From Muribaculaceae bacterium Isolate-036 (Harlan) (GTDB lineage Bacteria > Bacteroidota > Bacteroidia > Bacteroidales > Muribaculaceae): DNA of 64,000 nucleotides. Shown here piece by piece: positions 9,014 to 17,875 of this stretch (within the stretch, counting starts at the first letter, position 1; the number at the start of each line of letters is the position of its first letter). Where the stretch lies: contig RIAY01000007.1 in assembly GCA_003833075.1 (NCBI GenBank), positions 1-64,000 of the forward strand. The letters run 5' to 3'. Below the pieces are notes generated by a model. It made no database searches. It was not told the DNA's origin and was given only the letters and a program-made list of their open reading frames with translations. The translations under genes and the position numbers were made by a program.

Positions 9014-10932
9014 AGTTACTACCAATGCAAAATTATGAGCTAAAACCAGTTGTTTCCAGTATTCTTCAATTTCTTGAAGAAATGACTGGCTGCAATTTGA
9101 AAGAATTGACAGAACAGTCATCTTTCAAAGGGACATTGGGCACATATATAAATGCTAAAGATCTCTTCGCAATCAATAATAATATTCAGAGTGGAGAGTA
9201 TGGCATTGCCTATGAAAAGGAAGTAACATTCTTAAAAAACTTCTTATCTGAGATAAGACTCTCTCATAATTTTGATAGGCTTATCGGGGAATGTAAAGAA
9301 TTAGGCTCTATTCTTTTAGAAGCTCATACTATTTTCAAAGATTACATGATATGGGCCGCCGAAGAGAAAAAGTATTTTCGGGAATATCTTTTTAATAATG
9401 AACTCCTGAAAGAAGAAGAAAAAACTGATGACTTTCTCAATAAGTTTAGTTATGAATGGGTTGATGCAGCCAAGAAATCTGTTCAATCCAAGTTACTCCA
9501 GTTATATAATTTTGGTAATGCTTCCAATACCACTCTCAGCATAGGCCACACAACGCCATATTCTATTTCTGACGCACTTTGTATCTCAGATGATATAAAC
9601 CTATGTATTGGGACAAATAAAGGCCAGGAAGAGGATATATGCTATGCTCGTCTGGCTTTGAAAATTGACCGAGAATTGGCTTTCTCTCACTTCATTATAA
9701 CAATCCAATACAAGGATAAGATATGGTTGGTTACAGACAAACCGACTATGCCCAATCCCCAGTTCCGCGAAAACACCAGAAACCCTTATAGATGGCGTGA
9801 AGAGGCTTTTGACAATATTCAGCTTCCTTATGGCCTATTGGATCACATTGAGGAATGGCGTAAAGAGTCAAAAGCCGTAGCCAAAGAAAACAGTTCTGAA
9901 GTTTACATAAAGTCCATACAGGATTTTCTACCCCCGGCCAGTAAGATTTTGATCAAACTCATAATTGAGGAATTGATATACAATGTCATTCCCATGAAAC
10001 AATTTGATCTGACGATGATTGGTTTGGCTGGAGAAAATATTAAACTCTTGGGTGCCGGTAATACTTTAGAAAATGTTGATGATGTTTTCATAAACATCAA
10101 TAAAGAAGCCAATGAAGAACGATTAAATAACATTATCTATCCAACCTCCACTGAGCTTATCAAAATTGATCCTACCAAGGCTGTGACGCAATATGTAGAG
10201 GCTGGAGAACTATGTACTATAGACGAAATACGCAAAATTGCTATATGGTCTCAAAAGGAAGAACAGCGTAGAAACAAACAAAAACTACTGGATGAAGCCT
10301 ATACTCGTGAAAGAATGAGAGCTGATGAGGAAAAGTTAAATAAAGTGTTATTTGACAATGTTGAAAACCTTTATGAAGTGGTATTCTCAGCAGACATGGT
10401 TTTTATGTGTATAGAAGATGAAAACGCCAGAACCTTTGGATCCTCAAATGGAAATGCCATCATTCAAATCTGCGATACCAGCCTTTTTAAGTCATCATAT
10501 TCCAAACAGTATCTCACAAACTATCATATCAATAAGTTTAGAGATGAGTGGCATGTGGCAAATTGCGTAATATGTGATTGCGAGAATCCAGTCAATCTTC
10601 AGTTAAAAATCTACTCCTATAAAGAACTTTGTGGGATTCTTAAAGTTAAACGTGAACAACTGCCATACACATTCCAGAATTATACCGCGAATCTCTATGT
10701 GCCTTATTACGGCAATGTGATTTTGGATAATGTGAATCCGGAGTATAAGGTACTTGACCCTCGAAGTAGAGAACTCCAACATTACTATTCAATAGGTATT
10801 CCCTTGAATAAACGCTGTTTCAATAAACTTCGGAAGAAATACTGGAAGTATGAGAAAAGTCTTGTGATAATCAACTATACAAAAGGAACCATAAAAATCC
10901 AAGAATATGGAAAAGAAAATAAAAACTACTGA
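8965..10932 (+). CDS. large hypothetical protein (up to 655 aa; ATG at 9025 is an alternative start)
   Basis: Longest ORF of the block. No motif recognised. Confidence 0.5.
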   Translation: MGNSRASRTKIYSNNIKLLPMQNYELKPVVSSILQFLEEMTGCNLKELTEQSSFKGTLGTYINAKDLFAINNNIQSGEYGIAYEKEVTFLKNFLSEIRLSHNFDRLIGECKELGSILLEAHTIFKDYMIWAAEEKKYFREYLFNNELLKEEEKTDDFLNKFSYEWVDAAKKSVQSKLLQLYNFGNASNTTLSIGHTTPYSISDALCISDDINLCIGTNKGQEEDICYARLALKIDRELAFSHFIITIQYKDKIWLVTDKPTMPNPQFRENTRNPYRWREEAFDNIQLPYGLLDHIEEWRKESKAVAKENSSEVYIKSIQDFLPPASKILIKLIIEELIYNVIPMKQFDLTMIGLAGENIKLLGAGNTLENVDDVFININKEANEERLNNIIYPTSTELIKIDPTKAVTQYVEAGELCTIDEIRKIAIWSQKEEQRRNKQKLLDEAYTRERMRADEEKLNKVLFDNVENLYEVVFSADMVFMCIEDENARTFGSSNGNAIIQICDTSLFKSSYSKQYLTNYHINKFRDEWHVANCVICDCENPVNLQLKIYSYKELCGILKVKREQLPYTFQNYTANLYVPYYGNVILDNVNPEYKVLDPRSRELQHYYSIGIPLNKRCFNKLRKKYWKYEKSLVIINYTKGTIKIQEYGKENKNY

Positions 10933-11239
10933 CAAGGCTCAAACCTATGCTCAATCCGTAATTGACAATTTTGGGACCAACGGTGTGCCTATTGGCATAA
11001 AAGACATAAAAAAGATGCTTGCAGAAGCATATCTGGCCGGTCTTTCCGATCAATGGAGAGACACTTCAGACACGCCTCCAATAGATGAAGATGTGCTGGT
11101 TGATTACCCATATGAACACGGATATGCGGTTGCATACTATGATGGGAAGGATTGGTACCTTACCGAGACTGGAAGACTGTTACATCCGACACGCTGGATG
11201 CCTATTCCACCACATAATAAAACTGAGGGGAATGAGTAA
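10907..11239 (+). CDS. hypothetical protein (110 aa)
   Basis: ORF. Confidence 0.4.
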   Translation: MEKKIKTTDKAQTYAQSVIDNFGTNGVPIGIKDIKKMLAEAYLAGLSDQWRDTSDTPPIDEDVLVDYPYEHGYAVAYYDGKDWYLTETGRLLHPTRWMPIPPHNKTEGNE

Positions 11240-11402
11240 CCGTAGATTTCGCAAATATCCTCAGACCATTATTCTTCGATGTCCTTGCTGCCAAGAAGTA
11301 AAATATGCACTTTGCCATTTTGACTCCACCGGAGAAGCTGAATATTGCTGTCAATGTGGTCACATCAGTAAAATTAAACTCGCTAAATTGAATAACAAAT
11401 GA
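11232..11402 (+). CDS. small zinc-ribbon protein (~56 aa; the ORF track extends it to 11085, which I judge unlikely)
   Basis: RCPCCQ...CCQCGH motif. An ATG at 11232 overlaps the stop of the upstream gene. Confidence 0.35.
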   Translation: MSNRRFRKYPQTIILRCPCCQEVKYALCHFDSTGEAEYCCQCGHISKIKLAKLNNK

Positions 11403-11590
11403 AAAAGAAACATATACAATATTGGGTGTATTTCTTTTCTACCGCTATAGTTTTCTTTTGGCTTGGTTCCCTTTGTGGAGCTGGATTAGCATATCATTCT
11501 GCCGAAAAACAATCTGAAAAATATCGTGTGGAAATGGTAAAGGATTCACTTTATTTTGAATACACTCATCATCTCTCTAACTCCAAATAA
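11399..11590 (+). CDS. small membrane protein (63 aa)
   Basis: Hydrophobic N-terminal helix. ATGA overlap. Confidence 0.35.
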   Translation: MKKKHIQYWVYFFSTAIVFFWLGSLCGAGLAYHSAEKQSEKYRVEMVKDSLYFEYTHHLSNSK

Positions 11591-11597
11591 GCCAATG

Positions 11598-11828
11598 AAA
11601 TTCCAAGCAACCAAATGGCCAGTCACTATCACTTTAGATGTGGCCGACGATTACACTGAAGGTGTCGACAAAGAAAACTTGAAAGAAGAATCTCCCGAAA
11701 AGCTTATACAGCTACAAGAGTTAGCTGATATGCTCGCAGATGCACTCATTAAAGCAAAAGGCCAGATTCTCGCTCAACAGGAAGCTAAACGTAAACAAAC
11801 AACTCAAAATAATGGCACGGAAAGCTAA
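11598..11828 (+). CDS. hypothetical small protein (start trimmed to the first ATG after the upstream stop)
   Basis: ORF. Confidence 0.3.
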   Translation, partial: KFQATKWPVTITLDVADDYTEGVDKENLKEESPEKLIQLQELADMLADALIKAKGQILAQQEAKRKQTTQNNGTES

Positions 11829-12228
11829 ACTCATTTCTACCGGAGAAATAGTGGAGGTGTATGCTGATATGGATTATCATGGCAATACTACATGGCTTGA
11901 TACATCAACAAAGACTGAATATTATCCTTCTGAATTAGAATTTCTACCAGAAGATTCAAAGCCTATATCTCCAGTAGTTTCTCTTTCCCAGTTCACTGAC
12001 GAAGAGTTGAGAAGTGAATTAAAACGTCGAGAAAAAGAACGTCGTTCACAATTCCCTCCCAATATCCGGTGCCATGATTGCAAGCATTGCGTGGAAGGAC
12101 TCGCGTTCAAACATCAGTACATTCCAACAACCGTTTGTCGAATGAATCCTAAGCCATCTCAGGGGCCGGATAGATACTATTCAACAGTATGCTCTCTTAG
12201 AGCGTGTGATAAATTTGAAACCAAATAA
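11812..12228 (+). CDS. Cys-rich hypothetical protein (~138 aa from the internal ATG)
   Basis: CHDCKHC...C...C motifs. Confidence 0.4.
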   Translation: MARKAKLISTGEIVEVYADMDYHGNTTWLDTSTKTEYYPSELEFLPEDSKPISPVVSLSQFTDEELRSELKRREKERRSQFPPNIRCHDCKHCVEGLAFKHQYIPTTVCRMNPKPSQGPDRYYSTVCSLRACDKFETK

Positions 12229-12230
12229 CT

Positions 12231-12488
12231 ATGGCAGCAAAAGATTATGTGTTCTGTAAAGCGGCATTGACTGGTCACATTTATCTGACAAAGAAAATAA
12301 AGTCTAAAGATGTGATGAGTCAGGATAGAAGGCTGGTAGAGGATCATGAGGCAATCGGATGTTTTGAAGCATATCTTAGACGATATTGTGAAGAGAATGG
12401 TACCGATACACTCAATGTCACCAACTCCAAAGGAGAAGTTCTTTTTACAGCAACTCTAAAAAAGCAAGAAGATGAAACTGAAAACTAA
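12231..12488 (+). CDS. hypothetical small protein (85 aa)
   Basis: ORF 3 nt after the previous stop. Confidence 0.35.
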   Translation: MAAKDYVFCKAALTGHIYLTKKIKSKDVMSQDRRLVEDHEAIGCFEAYLRRYCEENGTDTLNVTNSKGEVLFTATLKKQEDETEN

Positions 12489-12801
12489 AATCGCTCAAAT
12501 TCTGAGAAGATGGGCTGAAAAGTTAGAGCCTATCTTTCCATACGATGTGAAGCATATCCCATATCTAAAAGAAGAGAGGCACGATATCCAGAAAATGATG
12601 TCGCAGCACTCAATACCCAGATATGTATATGATCGAGATCCAAACCGCATGAATAGGCTGGTTCGTGAAGATATTGCTTCTGGGATAGCCAAGGGATTAG
12701 ATGCTAATGGCCTCATTAAGATAACGATTGAGCCTACTCCAGAAAATGTGAATTACATCGGAGAACTATATATTATTGACTTTCATAAGGATTCAATATA
12801 A
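12472..12801 (+). CDS. hypothetical protein (109 aa)
   Basis: ORF. Confidence 0.4.
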   Translation: MKLKTKIAQILRRWAEKLEPIFPYDVKHIPYLKEERHDIQKMMSQHSIPRYVYDRDPNRMNRLVREDIASGIAKGLDANGLIKITIEPTPENVNYIGELYIIDFHKDSI

Positions 12802-12850
12802 TCAAAATCTCAATGCCTTGGGCGGCTTAATAAAACCCACAAGAAACAAT

Positions 12851-13309
12851 ATGGAGATAATCAAAATCGAAAAATTCCCATCAATCGAAGGCGTGGCTAA
12901 AGACTTCGCCAAAAGAGCAGTTGAAGGCTGTAAGGGCAGTCTTGATTTAGAAAAGTGCGAAAAGCAGATCGCATTTGCTGTTGACTATGGTCACGAAAAT
13001 GCTTGGCAGCTGCTTGACACTATGGACTTCGGCGATGCAATCAGAGCACTCAAAGCCGGTGCTAAAGTGGCCCGTAAGGGCTGGAACGGTAAGGGGATGT
13101 TCCTCTGGCTCAAACCAGCAGCCACCGTCAAATCCGAATGGTGTAAAGATCCTATGCTGAAAAAGCTGGCCGATGACAATGGCGGCACTATCGAGGCTGC
13201 TGGCACTATCTGCATGTTCACTGCCCAGCACCAGATACTCACCGGCTGGCTTGCTTCCCAGACTGATGTGCTTGCTGAGGACTGGGTAATCGTTTCAGAA
13301 GCTGAATGA
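12851..13309 (+). CDS. DUF2829-like protein (phage-associated family), ~152 aa
   Basis: Motif KVARKGWNGKGMFLWL, which I recall as typical of the DUF2829 family. Confidence 0.45.
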   Translation: MEIIKIEKFPSIEGVAKDFAKRAVEGCKGSLDLEKCEKQIAFAVDYGHENAWQLLDTMDFGDAIRALKAGAKVARKGWNGKGMFLWLKPAATVKSEWCKDPMLKKLADDNGGTIEAAGTICMFTAQHQILTGWLASQTDVLAEDWVIVSEAE

Positions 13310-13334
13310 AAATCCGTCTGACAGGTTCTTCACA

Positions 13335-13718
13335 ATGATGACCAGTAAAAAGATGTATTTTCGCAACATGGAGACTGGAGAAGAAACCGAAATTATCAAT
13401 GGCACTACTAAAATGGAGTGCTGTGATAACGATACTTCTTCAGTCAATATTTGCAATTCATATTACTTTGAGTGCGATGTCAAATTGCCTTTGATGAATC
13501 AGGCAGCAAAAGACTTATTCTTTGGTAATCCAGCGTGGAAAACGGCTTGTCGGCTTGCTGATAAACTGAATGGTCTCATTGAGGAGTATCATGCACCCGG
13601 CAACACAAGAAAAGTGCGAAGAGCCGTCCAGCGTCAATTTGATAAGACATTCAAAATCTTCCGCAACCACTGTCAGGATTGTAATATACAATACACTTTC
13701 CAACGACCGAACAAATGA
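13335..13718 (+). CDS. Cys-rich hypothetical protein (127 aa)
   Basis: ORF. It is the last gene before the integrase. Confidence 0.4.
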   Translation: MMTSKKMYFRNMETGEETEIINGTTKMECCDNDTSSVNICNSYYFECDVKLPLMNQAAKDLFFGNPAWKTACRLADKLNGLIEEYHAPGNTRKVRRAVQRQFDKTFKIFRNHCQDCNIQYTFQRPNK

Positions 13719-13755
13719 GAAATGGGGGTAGTCATTAATTGACCGCCCCCATTCT

Positions 13756-15018
13756 TTAGAACTTCATCGCTGCCAACACCTTATTCCGGCTGGCAGTGTC
13801 ACCTTGATTGTTGTAGTAGATCTTCTCACAGTTCTCTATACTGGTGCCCATCATATTCGACACATATATGACCGGCACACCCTTACTTATATAATGTGTT
13901 ATCGCTGTATGCCGGAAAGTGTAGGTGTGCAGCGGAAAAGAACAACCCAGTGCCTTACCGACTTTTTTGAGCCAGTTGTTCAAATTCCCTATAAAGTGTT
14001 TTATGTCACCATTATTGGTGGTCTGAGTTTTCAACTTCTCCTTGTTGCGTATCGGAAATATATAGCCGTCCTTGGCTAATCTTTTCCACCGTAACATAAT
14101 GCGGTCAAGCTCTGTATTGATTGGAACAGAGCAGGGTACCGCTTGCTTCTCAGCAATCTTTCTGCGATTAAAGACAAAGTGGCTTATACCACCTATCTTT
14201 TTGATGTCAGAATACCGAAGTGCTATCGCGTCACAAGCTGACTGGCCGGTATAAAGAATGAAGAGACAGAAATCCCGGTACAACTCATTGAGTGGAGATT
14301 TTGATATTGAAGATAAGTCCAGGGTGGTAAACTTCTGGCATTGTTCTTCAGTCAGTGTATGAAACTTCTGAGAGCTGGAACTGGGTTTCTTGAACCAGTT
14401 GCATTTTTTGAAGTCCTCAGCTTTCAGATACCCCTCTTTGTCGGCTTTCATAATCAATGAGTGCAGGATCTTTGAGACATAACACATTCCCGTGCCTTTA
14501 CGCGCGCGCTCGACCCATTCAAAGACGTTGTTCACGAAAGCGGCATTAATCTCAGTAATTAGGAGCTTGGAGTATTTAATCTTCTTAGCCTTGCAGAACT
14601 CCTGAAGTCTCTTGTCACATTTCAGGTAGTTCTCAAAACTGCCCTTTCCTGAGCCGTCTGCGTGCTTGTTTTTGTTGAGCTGGTCAACTACATACTGGAT
14701 GAACTCTGAGACCGTAAGAGCCTTCCTGACGGGCTCTGTGGCTGTTTCCATAGCAGCGATCATACCAAAAACACTGCCGGTCCAGTTTATAGCCATTTCA
14801 TCGAACTTCTGTCGGAACTGAACGAGTATGGCATTGTTCTCATCGCTGAAGGGGCAGCTTGGGATAAAGAGCTGCTTCTTCTGGTTCCAGTGTTTCTTCT
14901 GGATGGCTCCTTTCAGCATTTTGGTGACGTTGATAAACTTCGTCTCGCCGTCCTGATAGAGCCTCAATCTGAGTTGGAACCCTTTGGTTCCGAACATCTG
15001 ATAGTTGATTGTAATCAT
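13756..15018 (-). CDS. tyrosine recombinase/integrase of block A (420 aa)
   Basis: C-terminal HTYTFRHTAITH...G....Y motif order R..H..R..Y. It ends the small-gene block, and its 5' end faces the tRNA-derived repeat. Confidence 0.75.
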   Translation of the reverse strand: MITINYQMFGTKGFQLRLRLYQDGETKFINVTKMLKGAIQKKHWNQKKQLFIPSCPFSDENNAILVQFRQKFDEMAINWTGSVFGMIAAMETATEPVRKALTVSEFIQYVVDQLNKNKHADGSGKGSFENYLKCDKRLQEFCKAKKIKYSKLLITEINAAFVNNVFEWVERARKGTGMCYVSKILHSLIMKADKEGYLKAEDFKKCNWFKKPSSSSQKFHTLTEEQCQKFTTLDLSSISKSPLNELYRDFCLFILYTGQSACDAIALRYSDIKKIGGISHFVFNRRKIAEKQAVPCSVPINTELDRIMLRWKRLAKDGYIFPIRNKEKLKTQTTNNGDIKHFIGNLNNWLKKVGKALGCSFPLHTYTFRHTAITHYISKGVPVIYVSNMMGTSIENCEKIYYNNQGDTASRNKVLAAMKF

Positions 15019-15228
15019 TACGTTGCTTTAATCAGTTAGTGATGACGTTTCGTCTGTCACAAAATATGCACATCACTGACTGGTCTAAGCCACAACACTG
15101 CGAAAATACCCCAAACTATACAGGGTATTGACAGAACTTAGGGAAGGCTAACCCCAAGATAATCAGCTATTAAAATAGAAACTCAGTTGACCCATACTAT
15201 ACAGGGTAAACTGAGTTTCATCATTGAG

Positions 15229-15241
15229 GTGGTGCCACCAG
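15229..15241. repeat. 13-bp direct repeat GTGGTGCCACCAG, identical to the 3' end of tRNA-Phe at 30891-30903. Candidate att core and junction between blocks A and B.
   Basis: Exact 13/13 match seen in the sequence. Confidence 0.55.
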
Positions 15242-15361
15242 CACCTGAGTTTCTGAATGAATACGAATGAATTTGAATGGCTTGTTTAGGCAAAATACTG
15301 AATAATAGTGCAATATGAACTTTGATGAATTTTGGGAATTTTCAGATTTATTCAAAAAACG

Positions 15362-15383
15362 TGGTGACCTGCGTGGTGACCCG
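15362..15383 (+). promoter_or_regulatory. two direct GTGGTGACC repeats (candidate integrase arm-type sites) upstream of the integrase
   Basis: CGTGGTGACCTGCGTGGTGACCC. The same 8-mer recurs four times at the other element end (30579-30834). Confidence 0.4.
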
Positions 15384-15485
15384 ACTTGACAAAATGCGGT
15401 TTGGGTTGTTATATTTGCAGAACCAAAGTGGCTGATTGTGAATAACTGTGAACGCCACCACTCAGAAATTTATAACATCGAAGAT

Positions 15486-16949
15486 ATGACAAAAACACCC
15501 TCTCCGAAAAAATTGACCCCGTTTCATGTCCGAACCAAGGATTTGAAGAAGGATACCGCGACTCTCTTTATCCGTATCCATACCCGCAAGGTTGATGTGC
15601 TGATTTCGACCATGCTTCAGGTTGAGGTTGCCGACTGGCAGAAGGCTACGACATCACCCCGCGCATGGCTGGCGCATCAGAAGAAGAATTATCAGCTTCA
15701 TGCCAAGCTCACGCAGATTGAGGGCATAGTCAAGGCCCATCTCGCAAAGGTGAACTTTGACCGCGAGGCTCTCGACATGGATGTGCGCTATATCTCAGAG
15801 CCGGAGAAAGTGGACGCTGAACGTCGGGCGATGGAGGAAGCCGCCGAGGCTGAGCGTAAGGCTATCGCCAAACGTGAGGCGGCGAAAGAAAAAGCCCGCA
15901 AGAAAGCCGAGGAAAAGAAACGTATCGAGGATGAGAAGAACCGCCTTATCTGGCCGTTCCTCGTTCAGTTTGTCGATGACATCAAGAGCGGGGCGCGCAA
16001 GATTGGCAGTGACGACTATGCACCCGGCACATGCAAGGCATGGAAAAGTTTTATTGGTGTCTATGAAGGCTTCGACACATTGCACAAGTTCGGATGGGCA
16101 GACATCGACCGTGCGTTTGTGTCACGCTACATCAACTACTTACAGAAGCACGGCTACATGGCGAAGGTGGTCAACAAGCATCTGACAAACCTGAAGGCTC
16201 TTATCAATGCCGCATTCGTTGACGGCGTACATGATAATCAGAGAGCTGCCGCGCTCATTGTCAAGAAGAAGATTGAAGACCGCGACAAGGCTGTCGAGAT
16301 TTATCTCACCGAGGAGGAGTTGCAGGCTCTCTATGAAATGCCTCTGACCGGGAAGAAAGAACACATCCGCGATGTTTTTCTCATTGGCTGCTACACCTGT
16401 CAGCGTGTAAGCGATTACAACAACCTCAATGTTGACAATTTTGAGACCACCCGCAAGGGGACGCGCATCATCCGTCTTGTGCAGCAGAAGACCAAGACCG
16501 AGGTAACAATCCCCATTCTCAACGAGAACCTTATCACCATCTGCGAGAAGTACGGCTACAATATTCCGAAAGCCAACGAGCAGGTGCTGAACCGCTACAT
16601 CAAGGATATTCTCAAAGACCTGTCGGAGCAGTTGCCGTCACTGAAAGAGAAAGTGCCGACCAAGCTCACCATGAAGCAGAAGGAGGCGTTGAGAAAAGAG
16701 AAGAAGGAACCGGAGACCGACCTCAACGGCAACGTGATTGTGCCGCGCTATGAGTGTGTGACAAGCCACACCGCCCGACGCACCGGCATCACGAATATGT
16801 ACCTCAGCCACAGGTACACCATCTTCCAGATGATGCACGTCAGCGGTCATAAGACCCAAAAGACCTTCATGGACTACATCAAGCTATCCTCCGAGGAGAT
16901 AGCCGACGAAATTGCCGCCATGTCCAAGAAAGAGAATGATATGTGGTAA
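15486..16949 (+). CDS. tyrosine recombinase/integrase of element B (the ORF track starts at GTG 15438; ATG 15486 is more likely)
   Basis: C-terminal HTARRT...HVSGH...Y catalytic motif order. A TAtaTTTG -7-like motif sits at ~15411. Confidence 0.75.
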   Translation: MTKTPSPKKLTPFHVRTKDLKKDTATLFIRIHTRKVDVLISTMLQVEVADWQKATTSPRAWLAHQKKNYQLHAKLTQIEGIVKAHLAKVNFDREALDMDVRYISEPEKVDAERRAMEEAAEAERKAIAKREAAKEKARKKAEEKKRIEDEKNRLIWPFLVQFVDDIKSGARKIGSDDYAPGTCKAWKSFIGVYEGFDTLHKFGWADIDRAFVSRYINYLQKHGYMAKVVNKHLTNLKALINAAFVDGVHDNQRAAALIVKKKIEDRDKAVEIYLTEEELQALYEMPLTGKKEHIRDVFLIGCYTCQRVSDYNNLNVDNFETTRKGTRIIRLVQQKTKTEVTIPILNENLITICEKYGYNIPKANEQVLNRYIKDILKDLSEQLPSLKEKVPTKLTMKQKEALRKEKKEPETDLNGNVIVPRYECVTSHTARRTGITNMYLSHRYTIFQMMHVSGHKTQKTFMDYIKLSSEEIADEIAAMSKKENDMW

Positions 16950-17078
16950 ACCCTTGGCTCAACTCCTCTCAAGTGGCAAAATAGCCGCTTTCTGGGGTGG
17001 TGAGCCTTTAATCCTCTCACTAAAAGCGGATAATTCAGCATAATTTTGTATCTTTGCAAAAAAATAATTGCGCAATAA

Positions 17079-17873
17079 ATGAACAATCTATATACTAAAG
17101 ATACGCTCAAGCACTATCTCCATAATCCTCTTGGAATATTGGGGATGTTTATTACCCTCTGTTATCTAATTGCGGGCATTGTCTTTTCAATAGGATTAGG
17201 TCAGCTGCAAGGAGATTCTGAAAGATTGCCATTCATATATTTCATTATAGGTTTCCCCTTAGTTATTTTGATCGCGTTTTTATTTTTGGTTATATGTCAC
17301 CACGAAAAGCTTTATAGCCCACAAGATTTTTCAGATGAAGCAAATTTTGTAAAATTAACCGGTAAAGAGAGCACTGAAAAACTTAGGAAGGAGGCAGTAG
17401 AAATAATTTCCCATGGGAACAATGTCCTCAGAGAAACAAAAAATGTTACAGAAAAAGTCCATGCATTGATGCCAATAGTAGAAAATGTAGAGAAATTAGC
17501 CGTAAAAAAAATAGAGAGTATCTATGGCATTCAATTTCAAAGGGAAGTTCAGTATGTTTTAAACCGCCATCGATATATATTTGATGCTTTTGCACAAAAG
17601 GATGAGATTTTTTATATTTTTGAATGCAAATATGTAAGAAATGCCATCTCTCGTGAAAGGTTGAGGAGTGTGTTAGAGCAAATGTTACGATATAAACAGA
17701 TGTTCAAAGATCAAGGTATTGCAACTAAATTTATTGTTGCATTTGTATTAGATGAATTTACCGAAAACCGTCAGCACGAAATTATGGATTTTTATTCATC
17801 AGTTGCACCTGAAATGACAGTATATGTATTTGATTTCAACAAATTAAAGGTAGAATTCTCTACAAAATCCTGA
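17079..17873 (+). CDS. membrane protein (2 TM) with a C-terminal PD-(D/E)xK nuclease-like motif
   Basis: TM helices near the N-terminus. C-terminal FDAF...IFYIFECKY (D-x15-ExK). A TAtcTTTG promoter motif sits at ~17051. Confidence 0.5.
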   Translation: MNNLYTKDTLKHYLHNPLGILGMFITLCYLIAGIVFSIGLGQLQGDSERLPFIYFIIGFPLVILIAFLFLVICHHEKLYSPQDFSDEANFVKLTGKESTEKLRKEAVEIISHGNNVLRETKNVTEKVHALMPIVENVEKLAVKKIESIYGIQFQREVQYVLNRHRYIFDAFAQKDEIFYIFECKYVRNAISRERLRSVLEQMLRYKQMFKDQGIATKFIVAFVLDEFTENRQHEIMDFYSSVAPEMTVYVFDFNKLKVEFSTKS

Positions 17874-17875
17874 AA

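Larger units (their letters stand above)
1..15228. mobile_element. Accessory block A: phage-like or integrative island of ~31 co-directional small ORFs ending in a tyrosine integrase. Its left end lies outside the window.
   Basis: Back-to-back or overlapping (ATGA) small ORFs on the + strand. There are no recognizable housekeeping genes. An integrase lies at the right end next to a copy of the tRNA-Phe 3'-end 13-mer. Confidence 0.4.

Noticed and set aside
11085-11231. 5' extension of the zinc-ribbon ORF 11085..11402
   Set aside because: It overlaps the preceding gene by 155 nt in another frame. The internal ATG at 11232 gives a compact zinc-ribbon protein with a normal ATGA-type junction.
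15757-16185. 142-aa Arg-rich ORF (+) and a 96-aa ORF (-) inside the integrase B gene
   Set aside because: Alternative-frame ORFs in a GC-rich coding stretch, with a composition typical of out-of-frame translation.
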